From IMG/VR virus record IMGVR_UViG_3300024252_000004, positions 62,001-126,000 of that record: a DNA stretch of 64,000 nucleotides. One strand, given 5' to 3'. Positions 19,164 through 28,874 of the stretch are shown here, piece after piece; position 1 is the stretch's first letter; every line of letters starts with the position of its first letter. Under the pieces are notes generated by a model. It worked only from the letters and a program-made list of their open reading frames with translations. It was not told where the DNA came from and searched no databases. The translations under genes were made by a program, and so were the position numbers.

Positions 19164-20015
19164 ATGAGTGAAGAAGCTGAAACAAAAGAAGAGTTTGTGC
19201 CTGTAAAGATCGGTGTCATTGGGATGGGATTTGTTGGAGGATCCGTTTTTGAATTTTTTTCGAAAGCAGGAGAACTTATGTATTCCTATGATAAGAAAGA
19301 ACTCTGGACTATACCAGGAGGCGAAGGGGAATTTGCAAGTAACAAATTTGAGGATTTAATTCCTACAGACTTTGTATTTATATGTCTGCCTACACCTTAC
19401 ATTGAAGGGTTCGGCTTTGACTATACAGCGCTGCATGAGAATTTCCTGAAGTTGGCACAAGCAAAGTACCAGGGAATCGTCGTCGTCAAAAGCACCATGG
19501 AGCCAGGAACTTTGAGAGCTTTAGCTGATAAGTATAAGTTAGCAATGGTTCATAACCCGGAATTTCTTACTGCAAGAACTGCGGTTGAAGATTTTGCCAA
19601 CCAGAAGCATGTAGTCGTTGGAGGCTTTGAGTTCTCCGTATGCCAAAAGGTTGTAGCTCTATATCAGAGACATTTCGAGGCACAGTATACGATTTGTGAT
19701 GCTGAACAAGCAGAGTTGATGAAGCTATTCTGTAACAACTTCTATGCAGTAAAGGTTCAATTGTTCAATGAGTTTGCTTTGACCTGCAAAAGAATGGGCG
19801 TTAAATATGAAGATGTGAGAAGCACTATGCTTAGAAACGGCTGGATTAATCCTATGCACACTGATGTGCCGGGACCAGACGGGCAATTTAGTTATGGAGG
19901 GGCATGTTTCCCCAAGGACACCAATGCTTTGCGAGACTTTATGAAACGTCACGGCGTTCCTTGCGAAGTTCTTGAGGCATGTATTAGTGAACGAAATAAG
20001 ATGAGGAAAGATTAA
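19164..20015 (+). CDS. ugd: UDP-glucose/GDP-mannose dehydrogenase family protein (short form)
   Basis: IGMGFVG, CLPTP, KST, NPEFL, GGACFPKD. Confidence 0.85.
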   Translation: MSEEAETKEEFVPVKIGVIGMGFVGGSVFEFFSKAGELMYSYDKKELWTIPGGEGEFASNKFEDLIPTDFVFICLPTPYIEGFGFDYTALHENFLKLAQAKYQGIVVVKSTMEPGTLRALADKYKLAMVHNPEFLTARTAVEDFANQKHVVVGGFEFSVCQKVVALYQRHFEAQYTICDAEQAELMKLFCNNFYAVKVQLFNEFALTCKRMGVKYEDVRSTMLRNGWINPMHTDVPGPDGQFSYGGACFPKDTNALRDFMKRHGVPCEVLEACISERNKMRKD

Positions 20016-20017
20016 AT

Positions 20018-20995
20018 ATGAATTATGAATACACAAGAGCCCTGGTAACAGGGGGAGCCGGATTTATAGGAAGTCACCTTGTTGACAGATTGTTAAGCGA
20101 TGGCTTAGAGGTTTGTGTAGTTGACAACTATAATTCTGGAGATAAAGAAAACATTAAAGATCACTTCAAGAACTCAAACTGTATGATAGAAAATCAGGGT
20201 ATTGAAGGAGAAGGGTTACATGATATTTTCAGAGTGTTTAGACCGGAGATGGTATTTCATCTTGCAGCTATCCCTGGGGTATATCAGTCAGTGCTTGAGC
20301 CGGCGAAGACAGCCGAGGTAAATCTTGTTGGCACTGCCAATGTTCTTGCTATGGCAGAAAAATTTGAGACAAAGAGAGTGTTATTCGCCTCTTCGTCTTC
20401 TGTTTATGGCGGTAAAGCAGAAATGCCAACAAGCGAAGCGTCTCTGCTTATGCCTAAGTCACCATATGCTTTGCAGAAGTATATTGGTGAAGAATATTGC
20501 AGGTATTACTCAAAGAATACATCAGTTGATACAGTAGCTCTAAGGCTATTCAATGTCTTTGGGCCCAGACAGAAAGGCAACTCGGCATACTCTGCTGTTA
20601 TCGCAGCATTTTTAGAAGCAAAGAAGAAGGGCTTTAGCGCCAATGTATATGGTGATGGAGAACAGACCAGAGACTTCTGTTATGTGGATAATGTTGTGGA
20701 GGCATTTATTCAGGCAAGCCAGCATAACTCACGATTCAATGGCGAAGGGTTCAATATAGCTTTCGGAGAAAGGACTTCGGTTAATGATCTTTTAGATATG
20801 ATTGGAGTCGAAGAGTACGATACTTATGACGATAGGCCGGGAGATGTAAAGGATTCTTGGGCATCTTTCGATAAGGCAAAATCTTGGTTCGGCTACAGTC
20901 CAAAAGTTTCTGTGCTACGTGGATTAGAGCTAACTGCACAGTGGTATTTGGGGGATGCATATGAGGTCGGAAAGAAGAAATCTAAAAGAGATTAG
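20018..20995 (+). CDS. NAD-dependent nucleotide-sugar epimerase/dehydratase
   Basis: TGGAGFIGSHL, HLAA, SSSSVYG, YALQK (YxxxK), NVFGP, RDFCYV. Confidence 0.9.
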   Translation: MNYEYTRALVTGGAGFIGSHLVDRLLSDGLEVCVVDNYNSGDKENIKDHFKNSNCMIENQGIEGEGLHDIFRVFRPEMVFHLAAIPGVYQSVLEPAKTAEVNLVGTANVLAMAEKFETKRVLFASSSSVYGGKAEMPTSEASLLMPKSPYALQKYIGEEYCRYYSKNTSVDTVALRLFNVFGPRQKGNSAYSAVIAAFLEAKKKGFSANVYGDGEQTRDFCYVDNVVEAFIQASQHNSRFNGEGFNIAFGERTSVNDLLDMIGVEEYDTYDDRPGDVKDSWASFDKAKSWFGYSPKVSVLRGLELTAQWYLGDAYEVGKKKSKRD

Positions 20996-21725
20996 GTTAA
21001 CTGCCATGATGCGCTCTGGTCATCATGGAATAATCAATTGGCTGATACCTCACTTTGAGGGATATGTTCTTCACAGAAATGACATTATGGAATTTGCAGC
21101 AAGAAGCAAACCTACTATTGATGAGGAATGGGGTATGCCGGACGAGATCCGGTCTTGCTACATTATCAATTTCGAAGAGCTATTGCCGTCACAAGTTTCC
21201 ACCCTTTATAAGCGATACAAAAATAGACTGATGGACGGGCATAGCGAAGAGGTTTTTAATGGACATGTAATACGTGATCCTTTTAATATGTTTGCGAGCC
21301 GCCGTAAATTATCTATAAAGCTTGAAAGAGAAAATCGAAACACCAACCGAGTTGGAAAGGTAGGATGGATCGATGACAAAGCGCTATCTTTGTGGAAAGA
21401 GTATGCCAAAGGTTATCTGAATCCAGAGCCAAATGATATTTGGATCAATTTTAATGAATGGTATCTAAGTAAGGAATACAGACGTTCTGTATCTGAGGCT
21501 TTTGGTATCGATTTTACAGACGTAGGTTTGAATATAGTTTCAAGTCATGGTTATGGTAGCTCTTTTGAGGGCACAAGTTATGATAAGCAAGCACAGTTCA
21601 TGCCAGTGTTAGAACGGTATAAAACAATGACAAGAGATTCGATTTATATGGATGCAATGAAGGATCCTGAAATTAGAGATCTTTACTCCCAAATCTGGGG
21701 AGAAATTCCAAAGGAGTTAAGATGA
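20955..21725 (+). CDS. Sulfotransferase-like protein
   Basis: MRSGHHGIINW, RDPFNMFASR, LWKEYA, FNEW, GYGSSF. Confidence 0.6.
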   Translation: MHMRSERRNLKEIRLTAMMRSGHHGIINWLIPHFEGYVLHRNDIMEFAARSKPTIDEEWGMPDEIRSCYIINFEELLPSQVSTLYKRYKNRLMDGHSEEVFNGHVIRDPFNMFASRRKLSIKLERENRNTNRVGKVGWIDDKALSLWKEYAKGYLNPEPNDIWINFNEWYLSKEYRRSVSEAFGIDFTDVGLNIVSSHGYGSSFEGTSYDKQAQFMPVLERYKTMTRDSIYMDAMKDPEIRDLYSQIWGEIPKELR

Positions 21726-22753
21726 GCGGTGATCAAAGAGATTTTTATGAAGAAGCGAAGAAGCTGGTTGCAGATTTGTTAAAGAAAAAAGAGTTAACAA
21801 CGGATGGCGAGCAAAAAATAGTTTCCGAAATGGCTGAGAATCTTGAAATAGAAAAGGATTTAGAAGTCCGAGCCGCAGAGCTTAGTGACGCAGCAAAAGA
21901 ATTGGACGAACCAAAGGCGTCAGAGAAGGCAAGGGCAGAGAAAATAGAATGCACCTGTACTCATGACCACTCAGAGGATCAGGAATGTTTTTGCATCAAA
22001 GATTGTCTTGTTCACTTTCCAAAAGAAAGTGATGTCCAGGCCGTTGCTAAAGACTTAACTCCTGAGCAGATTGAGGAAATGGAAGCTAAAAGAAAGTCAC
22101 TCGAAGAAGAACAGCTTAAGTTTAAATCACAAGAACGTCTTGAAACACAGGAACGACACAGATTAGAGTCTCTTCAGGCGGAAAAAACTTGGGCAAAAGA
22201 GAATCGCAAAGAAATCATTAATTCATTTGGCACAGGTGAGTTGGATGATATTCTATACAAGATTTCGAATAAAGGGCTTAGCGGCTTGACAGAGATTGAG
22301 CGTCTTGAGTGGCTTGGTGCTCGGTGCCGACATTCGATATATCCTCCAGTGGAAGGAAGAGAGGTCCGCCCACTCTCTATTGGAAAAAAGTATAGGCTTG
22401 CAAAGCAACACAGGACCACAAAGGTGACCGGATTTTTCAAGGGTTGCATTCCATTAGCAAGAAGAACAGGAGCTAATGAGCGTGTGTATCCAAAAAACTC
22501 TACGGCTATGAGAAGAGTCGAACTAGAAATGGGCTCAGTTCTTTCCGATCCCGACAGAGGACATATCAAATTATCTGATTTGGAAGAGGGTAAGGTAAAG
22601 CTCCCCGTACTTCTGAAGAGCGCAACTCGTGAACAGATTGCGGTAAGACTTCTTGAAATTGAGAGGGAAGAGCAGTTGGAATTAATTGAGGGAATTGACA
22701 ACACAATTGATTCTCTCAAGGTTCTTAAAAGCGAGCTTAAGTCCGAAGAGTAA
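21722..22753 (+). CDS. Hypothetical protein (charged/coiled-coil N-terminus, CxC...CxC patch)
   Basis: 343-aa ORF, ATGA-coupled; no recognised family. Confidence 0.65.
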   Translation: MSGDQRDFYEEAKKLVADLLKKKELTTDGEQKIVSEMAENLEIEKDLEVRAAELSDAAKELDEPKASEKARAEKIECTCTHDHSEDQECFCIKDCLVHFPKESDVQAVAKDLTPEQIEEMEAKRKSLEEEQLKFKSQERLETQERHRLESLQAEKTWAKENRKEIINSFGTGELDDILYKISNKGLSGLTEIERLEWLGARCRHSIYPPVEGREVRPLSIGKKYRLAKQHRTTKVTGFFKGCIPLARRTGANERVYPKNSTAMRRVELEMGSVLSDPDRGHIKLSDLEEGKVKLPVLLKSATREQIAVRLLEIEREEQLELIEGIDNTIDSLKVLKSELKSEE

Positions 22754-22801
22754 TCCGCAGCGTAGATAGTGGTTGCAGGCGGAAGCGCCGTTGGAGAACA
22801 A

Positions 22802-23383
22802 ATGAAGGACAAGCATATCCAGATAAGAATCGAGCAGTGCCTTGCGTTAGCAAAGGCTTCTAATTGCCCAAGGCTAAAGGTGGGGGCACTGCTGCTTGAC
22901 CCGGTCAGAAACGTTGTATTGATGGATGGATATAATGGCGGTCCTCGTAATGGTGGCAAACTATGCGGTGGCAGTCGTTGCGTCAGGGACGAAGAAAATA
23001 TTGCTTCAGGTACAAAGATTGAGCAAGGCTGTCATCATGCAGAAATGAATCTCATTTGTAATGCGGCTGCCAACGGAGTAAGAACAGGAGGGGCGTGGCT
23101 AATATTAACCTGTGAGCCCTGCCCTTTGTGCGCCAAATTAATCCACCATGCAGGCATCCAAAAGGTCATTGTTATTGATGGGGGTTTTCGCGGTGATAAC
23201 GGCGTGAAATATCTATTAAAACATGGGGTTAAGGTTGAGGGTCGAAATGGCCCATTAGATCCTAGAGTTAAAATTAAGGAAAAAATACAATGTTCAAAAA
23301 AGATGGCGAAGTCAAAGTCTACAAAGATAGCAAGGAAGTTAGCCCAAAAGTTGCTGACGAAACTCCTGAGCGATACACAGTAG
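22802..23383 (+). CDS. dCMP deaminase
   Basis: KVGALL, GYNG, HAEMN, PCPLCAK; start moved to ATG 22802. Confidence 0.85.
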   Translation: MKDKHIQIRIEQCLALAKASNCPRLKVGALLLDPVRNVVLMDGYNGGPRNGGKLCGGSRCVRDEENIASGTKIEQGCHHAEMNLICNAAANGVRTGGAWLILTCEPCPLCAKLIHHAGIQKVIVIDGGFRGDNGVKYLLKHGVKVEGRNGPLDPRVKIKEKIQCSKKMAKSKSTKIARKLAQKLLTKLLSDTQ

Positions 23384-23484
23384 ATGACTTAGTAGAAGAT
23401 GTTAACAAGTTTAAGAAGATCTTAGATGAGTCCCTGAAGGATCCTGATCTGAAAATAGAAGCACATAGTACTGAGGAGAAGTAA
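23290..23484 (+). CDS. Small hypothetical protein
   Basis: AAGGA upstream; stop abuts thioredoxin ATG; overlaps the deaminase tail by 94 nt. Confidence 0.45.
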   Translation: MFKKDGEVKVYKDSKEVSPKVADETPERYTVDDLVEDVNKFKKILDESLKDPDLKIEAHSTEEK

Positions 23485-23796
23485 ATGTCTGTAGTGAATG
23501 TAACCTCTGAGGATTTTCAGAGTGAGGTCCTTGACCACGAAGGCGAAACTGTATTTGTTGATTTTTGGGCAACGTGGTGTGGTCCTTGCAGGATGGTAGC
23601 TCCAGTTTATCAGGCTTTGTCTGAGCAGGTTGCTGATGCTAAATTTGTCAAGGTAGATATTGAGGAGAACCAAGAGCTTGCAATGAGATTTAATGTCAAA
23701 AGCATTCCGATGTTTTTAGCATTTAGAAATGGTGAAATTGTAGACTCAATGGTTGGTTCAAAAAACGTTGACTCCTTCGTAGATGATAATCTGTAA
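23485..23796 (+). CDS. trxA: Thioredoxin
   Basis: VDFWATWCGPCR, SIP. Confidence 0.95.
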   Translation: MSVVNVTSEDFQSEVLDHEGETVFVDFWATWCGPCRMVAPVYQALSEQVADAKFVKVDIEENQELAMRFNVKSIPMFLAFRNGEIVDSMVGSKNVDSFVDDNL

Positions 23797-23799
23797 GCT

Positions 23800-24414
23800 A
23801 TGCATAAATGGATAAAGCAATGGACCGACATATTGGATTTTTGGGGACTTGAAAAAGAAGCTGAGGATTTGCTTGGCGACTCCGTATATGTTTATTCTGC
23901 AATACCAAATTGGGCAGAAGATTCTGTAAGGCAGAGCGGATTACTTAGCGGTAAATTAATTGCTAAGGACAAAGAGCTTTTGACTAAAATTCATCCAGAC
24001 GAAAAGGATAGAGAGCATTGGTTAAAAAGAATGGATGATCCATCTTTTGCAATAACTTATCAAGGGCCAAATGTTTTTTTCACTGTGCCTCCAAAAAGTT
24101 TATCTGAGCACCCTGTGAATAAGAATGATATGAAGATTTTGAAGATCAACCTGTCATCTTTGATTAATGATATTCCGGAGACAAAGCTTCATGGCCTTGA
24201 GCTTATACCTTATGAAACTGATGAAGAGTACGAATCGAACAAGAAAGATATCGATCGGCCAATAAGTTTTGAAGAGGCAGTAGAGTTATCCGAGGGAACA
24301 GAGGATGAGCAGTGGGCCGAGTATACTGGAGGGGGATTTTTTGCGGGAAATGTTCCGCATGCTGTAGTAATAACTCCTAATGGAAAAATCGATAGCAAAT
24401 ATATTGAGGTCTGA
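23800..24414 (+). CDS. Protein with conserved N-terminal leader; possible ADP-ribosyltransferase-like fold
   Basis: Leader MHKWIKQWTDILDFWGLEKEAEDL; YVYS...VRQSGLLS, VFFT and GKIDSKYI loosely resemble ART/DarT-like strands. Confidence 0.55.
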   Translation: MHKWIKQWTDILDFWGLEKEAEDLLGDSVYVYSAIPNWAEDSVRQSGLLSGKLIAKDKELLTKIHPDEKDREHWLKRMDDPSFAITYQGPNVFFTVPPKSLSEHPVNKNDMKILKINLSSLINDIPETKLHGLELIPYETDEEYESNKKDIDRPISFEEAVELSEGTEDEQWAEYTGGGFFAGNVPHAVVITPNGKIDSKYIEV

Positions 24415-25935
24415 ATGGGGTTAACTTTAAGCTCATACCAAAAGGCAATTATTGATGCCGTAAAGAATACTGATGATTGTCTTTCTATTCAGGCAGTAGC
24501 GGGATCTGGAAAGACCTATACTTTGTTAGAATGCATGAAGCATATTAATACATATAATGCTATCTTCATTGCATTCAATAAATCAATTGCGGACGAGCTT
24601 GCATCCAAGGTCCCAGCAAATTTTGCAGCAAGAACATTTCACTCAATTTGCTTTGAAGCATGGAGAAACTTCTGCGACGACAGAAGATTAAAAGTTGACG
24701 AAGACAAAGTCTGGTCAATCATTTGGAAACTCTTTGAAGAGGACGATGTAAAAACTTACGGGTATTTCATAAAGCAATTGGTCGGTCTTGCTAAGAATAT
24801 GGGGATTGGTACCGACTTGCTTCCTGATACATTAGATGCCTGGAACGAACTTGTTGACCGCCATGATCTCAGAATCCCCTCGGCAAGAGGCGATCAAACT
24901 GTTGGAATCCTATACGCACGGAAGGTGTTGGTAGAATCTTCAAAAGCACGATATGTAATCGATTTTGATGATATGCTATACCTTCCTTTGCTTTATGGGG
25001 CAACATTCAGAAGATTTGATATCATATTTATTGATGAGGCACAGGATTTGTCATCCATTCAACATGCCCTCCTTGAGTCTATGTTAAATGCAGATGGAAG
25101 ACTCATTGCTGTTGGTGATGAGCATCAGGCTATCTATGGATTTCGCGGTGCAGACTCCGAATCAATGGGAAAACTGGCAGATGATTTTGACTGTGTTAAA
25201 TTTCCTCTCAGCGTTACATATAGATGTGATAAAGCGATTGTAGAACACGCAAAGCAATGGGTCCCTCATATTGAGCCAAGGAAGTACGCTGGTGATGGCA
25301 TCGTAGAAGAGCTTGCAGAGTTCTCAGTTAATACTTTTGACGATGGCGACGTTGTCATCTGTAGAAACTCGGCACCATTAATCTCATTGGCATATGGGTT
25401 CATTAGGAGGGGGCGCAGGGTTAAGATGCTAGGGAGAGATATTGGCGAAGGGCTAATTCTCCTTATCGATAAGATGAGGACCGAGGACATTGATGAGCTT
25501 GAAGTTAAGCTTGAGAAATGGTATACGAGAGAAATGGAGAAGGCTCGTAAGAGAAGCAATGAGTCTCTTATGATTTCTGTTGAAGACAAGTATCAGTGTA
25601 TCAATATTTTCATTCAAAATTTAGATGAGGACTACAGGACAGTGGATGATCTTTGCTACGAGATTGCAAGGATCTTTAAGGAAACCGACGAGTCCATGTT
25701 AACCTTATGCACAGGTCACAAATCAAAGGGCCTTGAGTGGGAACATGTTTTCTGGCTTGAGAGGGGATTGATACCTTCTGCGTATGCTACCAAGGAGTGG
25801 ATGCTGCGCCAAGAGGATAATTTGGCATACGTCATCACGACGAGAGCCAAGCATCATTTGTCTTTCATTAGTCAGTCAGGATGGGTTCATGGCGAAAAAT
25901 ATATAGAAGAGAAAGATACTAATAATGAAGAATGA
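24415..25935 (+). CDS. UvrD/Rep-like SF1 helicase
   Basis: AVAGSGKT, AFNK, IDEAQD, VGDEHQAIYGFRGA, TYRC, HKSKGLEW, YVITTRAK. Confidence 0.9.
   Translation: MGLTLSSYQKAIIDAVKNTDDCLSIQAVAGSGKTYTLLECMKHINTYNAIFIAFNKSIADELASKVPANFAARTFHSICFEAWRNFCDDRRLKVDEDKVWSIIWKLFEEDDVKTYGYFIKQLVGLAKNMGIGTDLLPDTLDAWNELVDRHDLRIPSARGDQTVGILYARKVLVESSKARYVIDFDDMLYLPLLYGATFRRFDIIFIDEAQDLSSIQHALLESMLNADGRLIAVGDEHQAIYGFRGADSESMGKLADDFDCVKFPLSVTYRCDKAIVEHAKQWVPHIEPRKYAGDGIVEELAEFSVNTFDDGDVVICRNSAPLISLAYGFIRRGRRVKMLGRDIGEGLILLIDKMRTEDIDELEVKLEKWYTREMEKARKRSNESLMISVEDKYQCINIFIQNLDEDYRTVDDLCYEIARIFKETDESMLTLCTGHKSKGLEWEHVFWLERGLIPSAYATKEWMLRQEDNLAYVITTRAKHHLSFISQSGWVHGEKYIEEKDTNNEE
25917..25924 (+). promoter_or_regulatory. 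Candidate phage promoter motif TACTAATA
   Basis: 31 nt upstream of ATG 25956. Confidence 0.4.
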
Positions 25936-25955
25936 TTTGAATATCTGGAGTTATC

Positions 25956-27530
25956 ATGATGAGTCAGTTATCCTCATTAATATCATTATTATCAAAACTT
26001 GGATTTAATAGCGAGTCTGATTATATCCGAAAGTTTTCTATAGACTATAGCCAAGTCAAAGAGAGGCTTTATTCTAAAAAATTTGAAAAAGCTATTAAGA
26101 AGTATTTTTTTGGAAATGATTTAAGAGTTATACCGGAAGACTTTTGGGATGAGAGTTCTCAAGAGTATTCTGATTTTATGAAAATTTATCAAGATATAGC
26201 AGGAGCTTTAGAGTGGGCAATACCTTCTGATATAACTGAGCAGGACAGGGCCCATGCTCTCAATTGGGTTATTACGGTTTTTGTTAGAGACCCAGACAAA
26301 CATAATCCCCAGATACTTGGAACAAGCATTTTAAGCGAAGTAAGAAGTTCTTTGGAAACTTTTTTTCAGATAAAAGAGCAAGGTTTTGAGGGAATACTTC
26401 AAGAGCCTGATATCTATCAGTACCAGGATTATATAAGTTTTGTTCGTGCCGTCGAAAATGTCTCATACACATATAAAAAGCTTCTTGAAGAAAGGATTTC
26501 GACAAAGGATGTTGCCGGCGGAATGAATAAGATTTTTGAAGATGAAGAATATGAGGTTTACATTCCGACGAATAAAGCAGCAGCATGTCACTTAGGAAAA
26601 GGGACGGAGTGGTGTACGGCGGCTCCTGGCTTGAGCTATTACGAAGATTATCATAGTCCTGATGACCCACTGATTATCTTCATGCATAAAGCTGACGAAA
26701 AGCAGAGGGTTCAGTTTAGCTTTGGTTCTAAACAGTTTATGGATGTAAATGATGAAGATATTCCTTACCAGCTATTAACGAAACTAACCAGCAAGCTTCT
26801 CAATGGAGAAACTGTACCTGATAATGTAAAGAAGCTTGCAAAAGAATATGATGACAGCCACCTTAAGACATCTCCAGAAAATCTTCAATTAAATTCGGAT
26901 GATGTAAGCAAAGGATTTGGTGATTCCGAATCAGCTCATGTTATGTCCGAGAATCTGCATCTTTATTACGAAGAAAGAGAGGATGACCCTTATGATTTAA
27001 GGGGCAAAGCATTTACGGAGGGGGTAAAGAAAAGGTTTGATAGTTTTCAACATGATACGGATAAGGATAGGTTTTTCCGAAATATTATACAAATAGTAAA
27101 TGAAAATATTTACAAAGGGGTTACGAAATCATGGGCCTCTCGCAAAGTATTGGGCGCCTTTATTCATGAGGCAGATTCCGATATAGATTTCACGATTTCT
27201 CAATATACAAATGACTCAGACATAGTCGAAACCTTAGTCGAAAGATATAAATCCGACGCCCTCTCTGAATCGGGGTATTTGGGGGATATATATTCTGAGC
27301 TTGTACATAGAAATACCTCTTGGTCACGAAAGCCTAGGATTCTGATGAAAATATTTGAAAATATTTTAAAAAGTAATGTTAAATGGCAAGGTGCGTGGAG
27401 CTTCATGTCAAGAGCTATTAAGAAAATAAGCAAAGATTATGTACAGAAGCATATTGAAAAGTTCAAGGCAGATCCTGATGTGAATCCTGAAAATCTCAAT
27501 ATTGCCATTGAAGGCATACAACTTTTGTAA
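25956..27530 (+). CDS. Large phage protein with conserved N-terminal leader and PcfJ-like central segment
   Basis: Leader MMSQLSSLISLLSKLGFNSESDYI; AACHLGKGTEWCTAA...YYEDY...PLIIF. Confidence 0.65.
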   Translation: MMSQLSSLISLLSKLGFNSESDYIRKFSIDYSQVKERLYSKKFEKAIKKYFFGNDLRVIPEDFWDESSQEYSDFMKIYQDIAGALEWAIPSDITEQDRAHALNWVITVFVRDPDKHNPQILGTSILSEVRSSLETFFQIKEQGFEGILQEPDIYQYQDYISFVRAVENVSYTYKKLLEERISTKDVAGGMNKIFEDEEYEVYIPTNKAAACHLGKGTEWCTAAPGLSYYEDYHSPDDPLIIFMHKADEKQRVQFSFGSKQFMDVNDEDIPYQLLTKLTSKLLNGETVPDNVKKLAKEYDDSHLKTSPENLQLNSDDVSKGFGDSESAHVMSENLHLYYEEREDDPYDLRGKAFTEGVKKRFDSFQHDTDKDRFFRNIIQIVNENIYKGVTKSWASRKVLGAFIHEADSDIDFTISQYTNDSDIVETLVERYKSDALSESGYLGDIYSELVHRNTSWSRKPRILMKIFENILKSNVKWQGAWSFMSRAIKKISKDYVQKHIEKFKADPDVNPENLNIAIEGIQLL

Positions 27531-27611
27531 TCGAAAACATATTAAAATAATGAATTAGATGAGAGTTATTGTGCCGATAATGCATATGCTCAAGATGAAA
27601 TGTGAGGCTGT

Positions 27612-28508
27612 ATGGAAAAGATGAAAGTAATATGGGAGATGGAGACGGGTGATCCTGATGATTACCTAACTCTTTTGTTTTTAATTGGTCACCCGAAGGT
27701 TGATCTCATAGGTGTGAATGTAAATCCAGGTAGTTGGGATCAAGTGTCAGTAGTTAAGCAGGCATTTAAAAAGTTCGGAGTGCAGAACGTACCGGTCGGA
27801 GCCCATCTTGATGAGGATGATACGACAAGCAGAGTGTCTGGTTGGCATTACAAAACAGTAGATTTAGATAGGACGAGAGTAGCCCCAGACATGAATGGTG
27901 CTGAGCTATTAGATTCCTTGTATGCCGAAGACGTAACATTGATTACGGGAAGCCCGCTCAAGAACGTGGGCAAATTTTTGCGGGAGTTTGCGCCAAGAAA
28001 ACTTGGCAGAATAATCGTGCAGGGTGGTTTCGCAGGAGAAGGAGTAGTTCCTTCTGCTCTCCAGCTTGAGAAGTTTTCGGGCAAAACGCATGTGCCCACT
28101 TATAATTTGAATGGCGATCCGAAATCGGCTTTGCTGGTTGTTGACTCTCCATATTTTTCAGAGAAGAAATTCGTATCTAAGAATGTATGTCATGGTGTAT
28201 ACTTTGATGACGAGATTAAGCGGTCTATGTATTCCAAGTTACACAAGATTAACAAGGGACATGGTCGCGAGAACCTCCTACTTCGCAGGTATCTTAACAC
28301 GTTTGTATATAACTGCCGAGATGGCAAAAAGCTTCACGATCCATTGGCGGCAGCATGTGCAATTGATACATCGGTTGGCACATGGGCTAAGGTTGATTTG
28401 TATAGACGAAAAGGACAGTGGGGAGCTATTTTGAATCCTGAGTCCAAACTTGAGATTATCATAGATTATGATAGGCCGAGATTTATTGAGGTTTTAAACG
28501 GAGGATGA
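27612..28508 (+). CDS. Inosine/uridine-preferring nucleoside hydrolase family protein
   Basis: ETGDPDD Asp cluster, TGSPLKN, QGGF, YNLNGDP, LHDPLAA. Confidence 0.8.
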   Translation: MEKMKVIWEMETGDPDDYLTLLFLIGHPKVDLIGVNVNPGSWDQVSVVKQAFKKFGVQNVPVGAHLDEDDTTSRVSGWHYKTVDLDRTRVAPDMNGAELLDSLYAEDVTLITGSPLKNVGKFLREFAPRKLGRIIVQGGFAGEGVVPSALQLEKFSGKTHVPTYNLNGDPKSALLVVDSPYFSEKKFVSKNVCHGVYFDDEIKRSMYSKLHKINKGHGRENLLLRRYLNTFVYNCRDGKKLHDPLAAACAIDTSVGTWAKVDLYRRKGQWGAILNPESKLEIIIDYDRPRFIEVLNGG

Positions 28509-28828
28509 TTAGGGTGCAAGAATTTTGTCATTTTTTTTCCGAAGATATCGGAGTAAGTTTATCTCAGAAATATGAGGCGGAACACATTTGTTCCCCATAC
28601 TATGGGAGTTCGTGTGGGGAAGCTGTAGTTTATAAGCTGAAAGATGTGGAGTACCCAAGAGTTACTCCGAAGTTTGAGTTTCAAACAAAGCCTGAAGTTG
28701 AAGAGCTTAGAAGTATGGCTACAGATTTCTATAAAAAAATTGGAGCTTATCCCTTTTTATTTGTTCTTATATCAAGTGACGAACCTAATCCAAGATATGC
28801 CATAATTATGACTGGAGGTGGCACATGA
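28505..28828 (+). CDS. Hypothetical protein
   Basis: 107-aa ORF, ATGA-coupled to upstream gene. Confidence 0.55.
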   Translation: MIRVQEFCHFFSEDIGVSLSQKYEAEHICSPYYGSSCGEAVVYKLKDVEYPRVTPKFEFQTKPEVEELRSMATDFYKKIGAYPFLFVLISSDEPNPRYAIIMTGGGT

Positions 28829-28874
28829 AGCAAGGTGACAAAGTTATTTTCAAGATGAAAAATAGAGGGGAAAG

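Noticed and set aside
22174-22959. 261-aa minus-strand ORF
   Set aside because: Antisense shadow of two plus-strand genes; S/L-rich with no motif or RBS.
23290-23383. Programmed frameshift or sequencing error linking dCMP deaminase to the 64-aa ORF
   Set aside because: The small ORF has its own RBS and start; a simple overlap explains it and reads are unavailable.
23768-23790. TTGACT...GATAAT as a sigma70 promoter
   Set aside because: The spacer is about 11 nt, too short.
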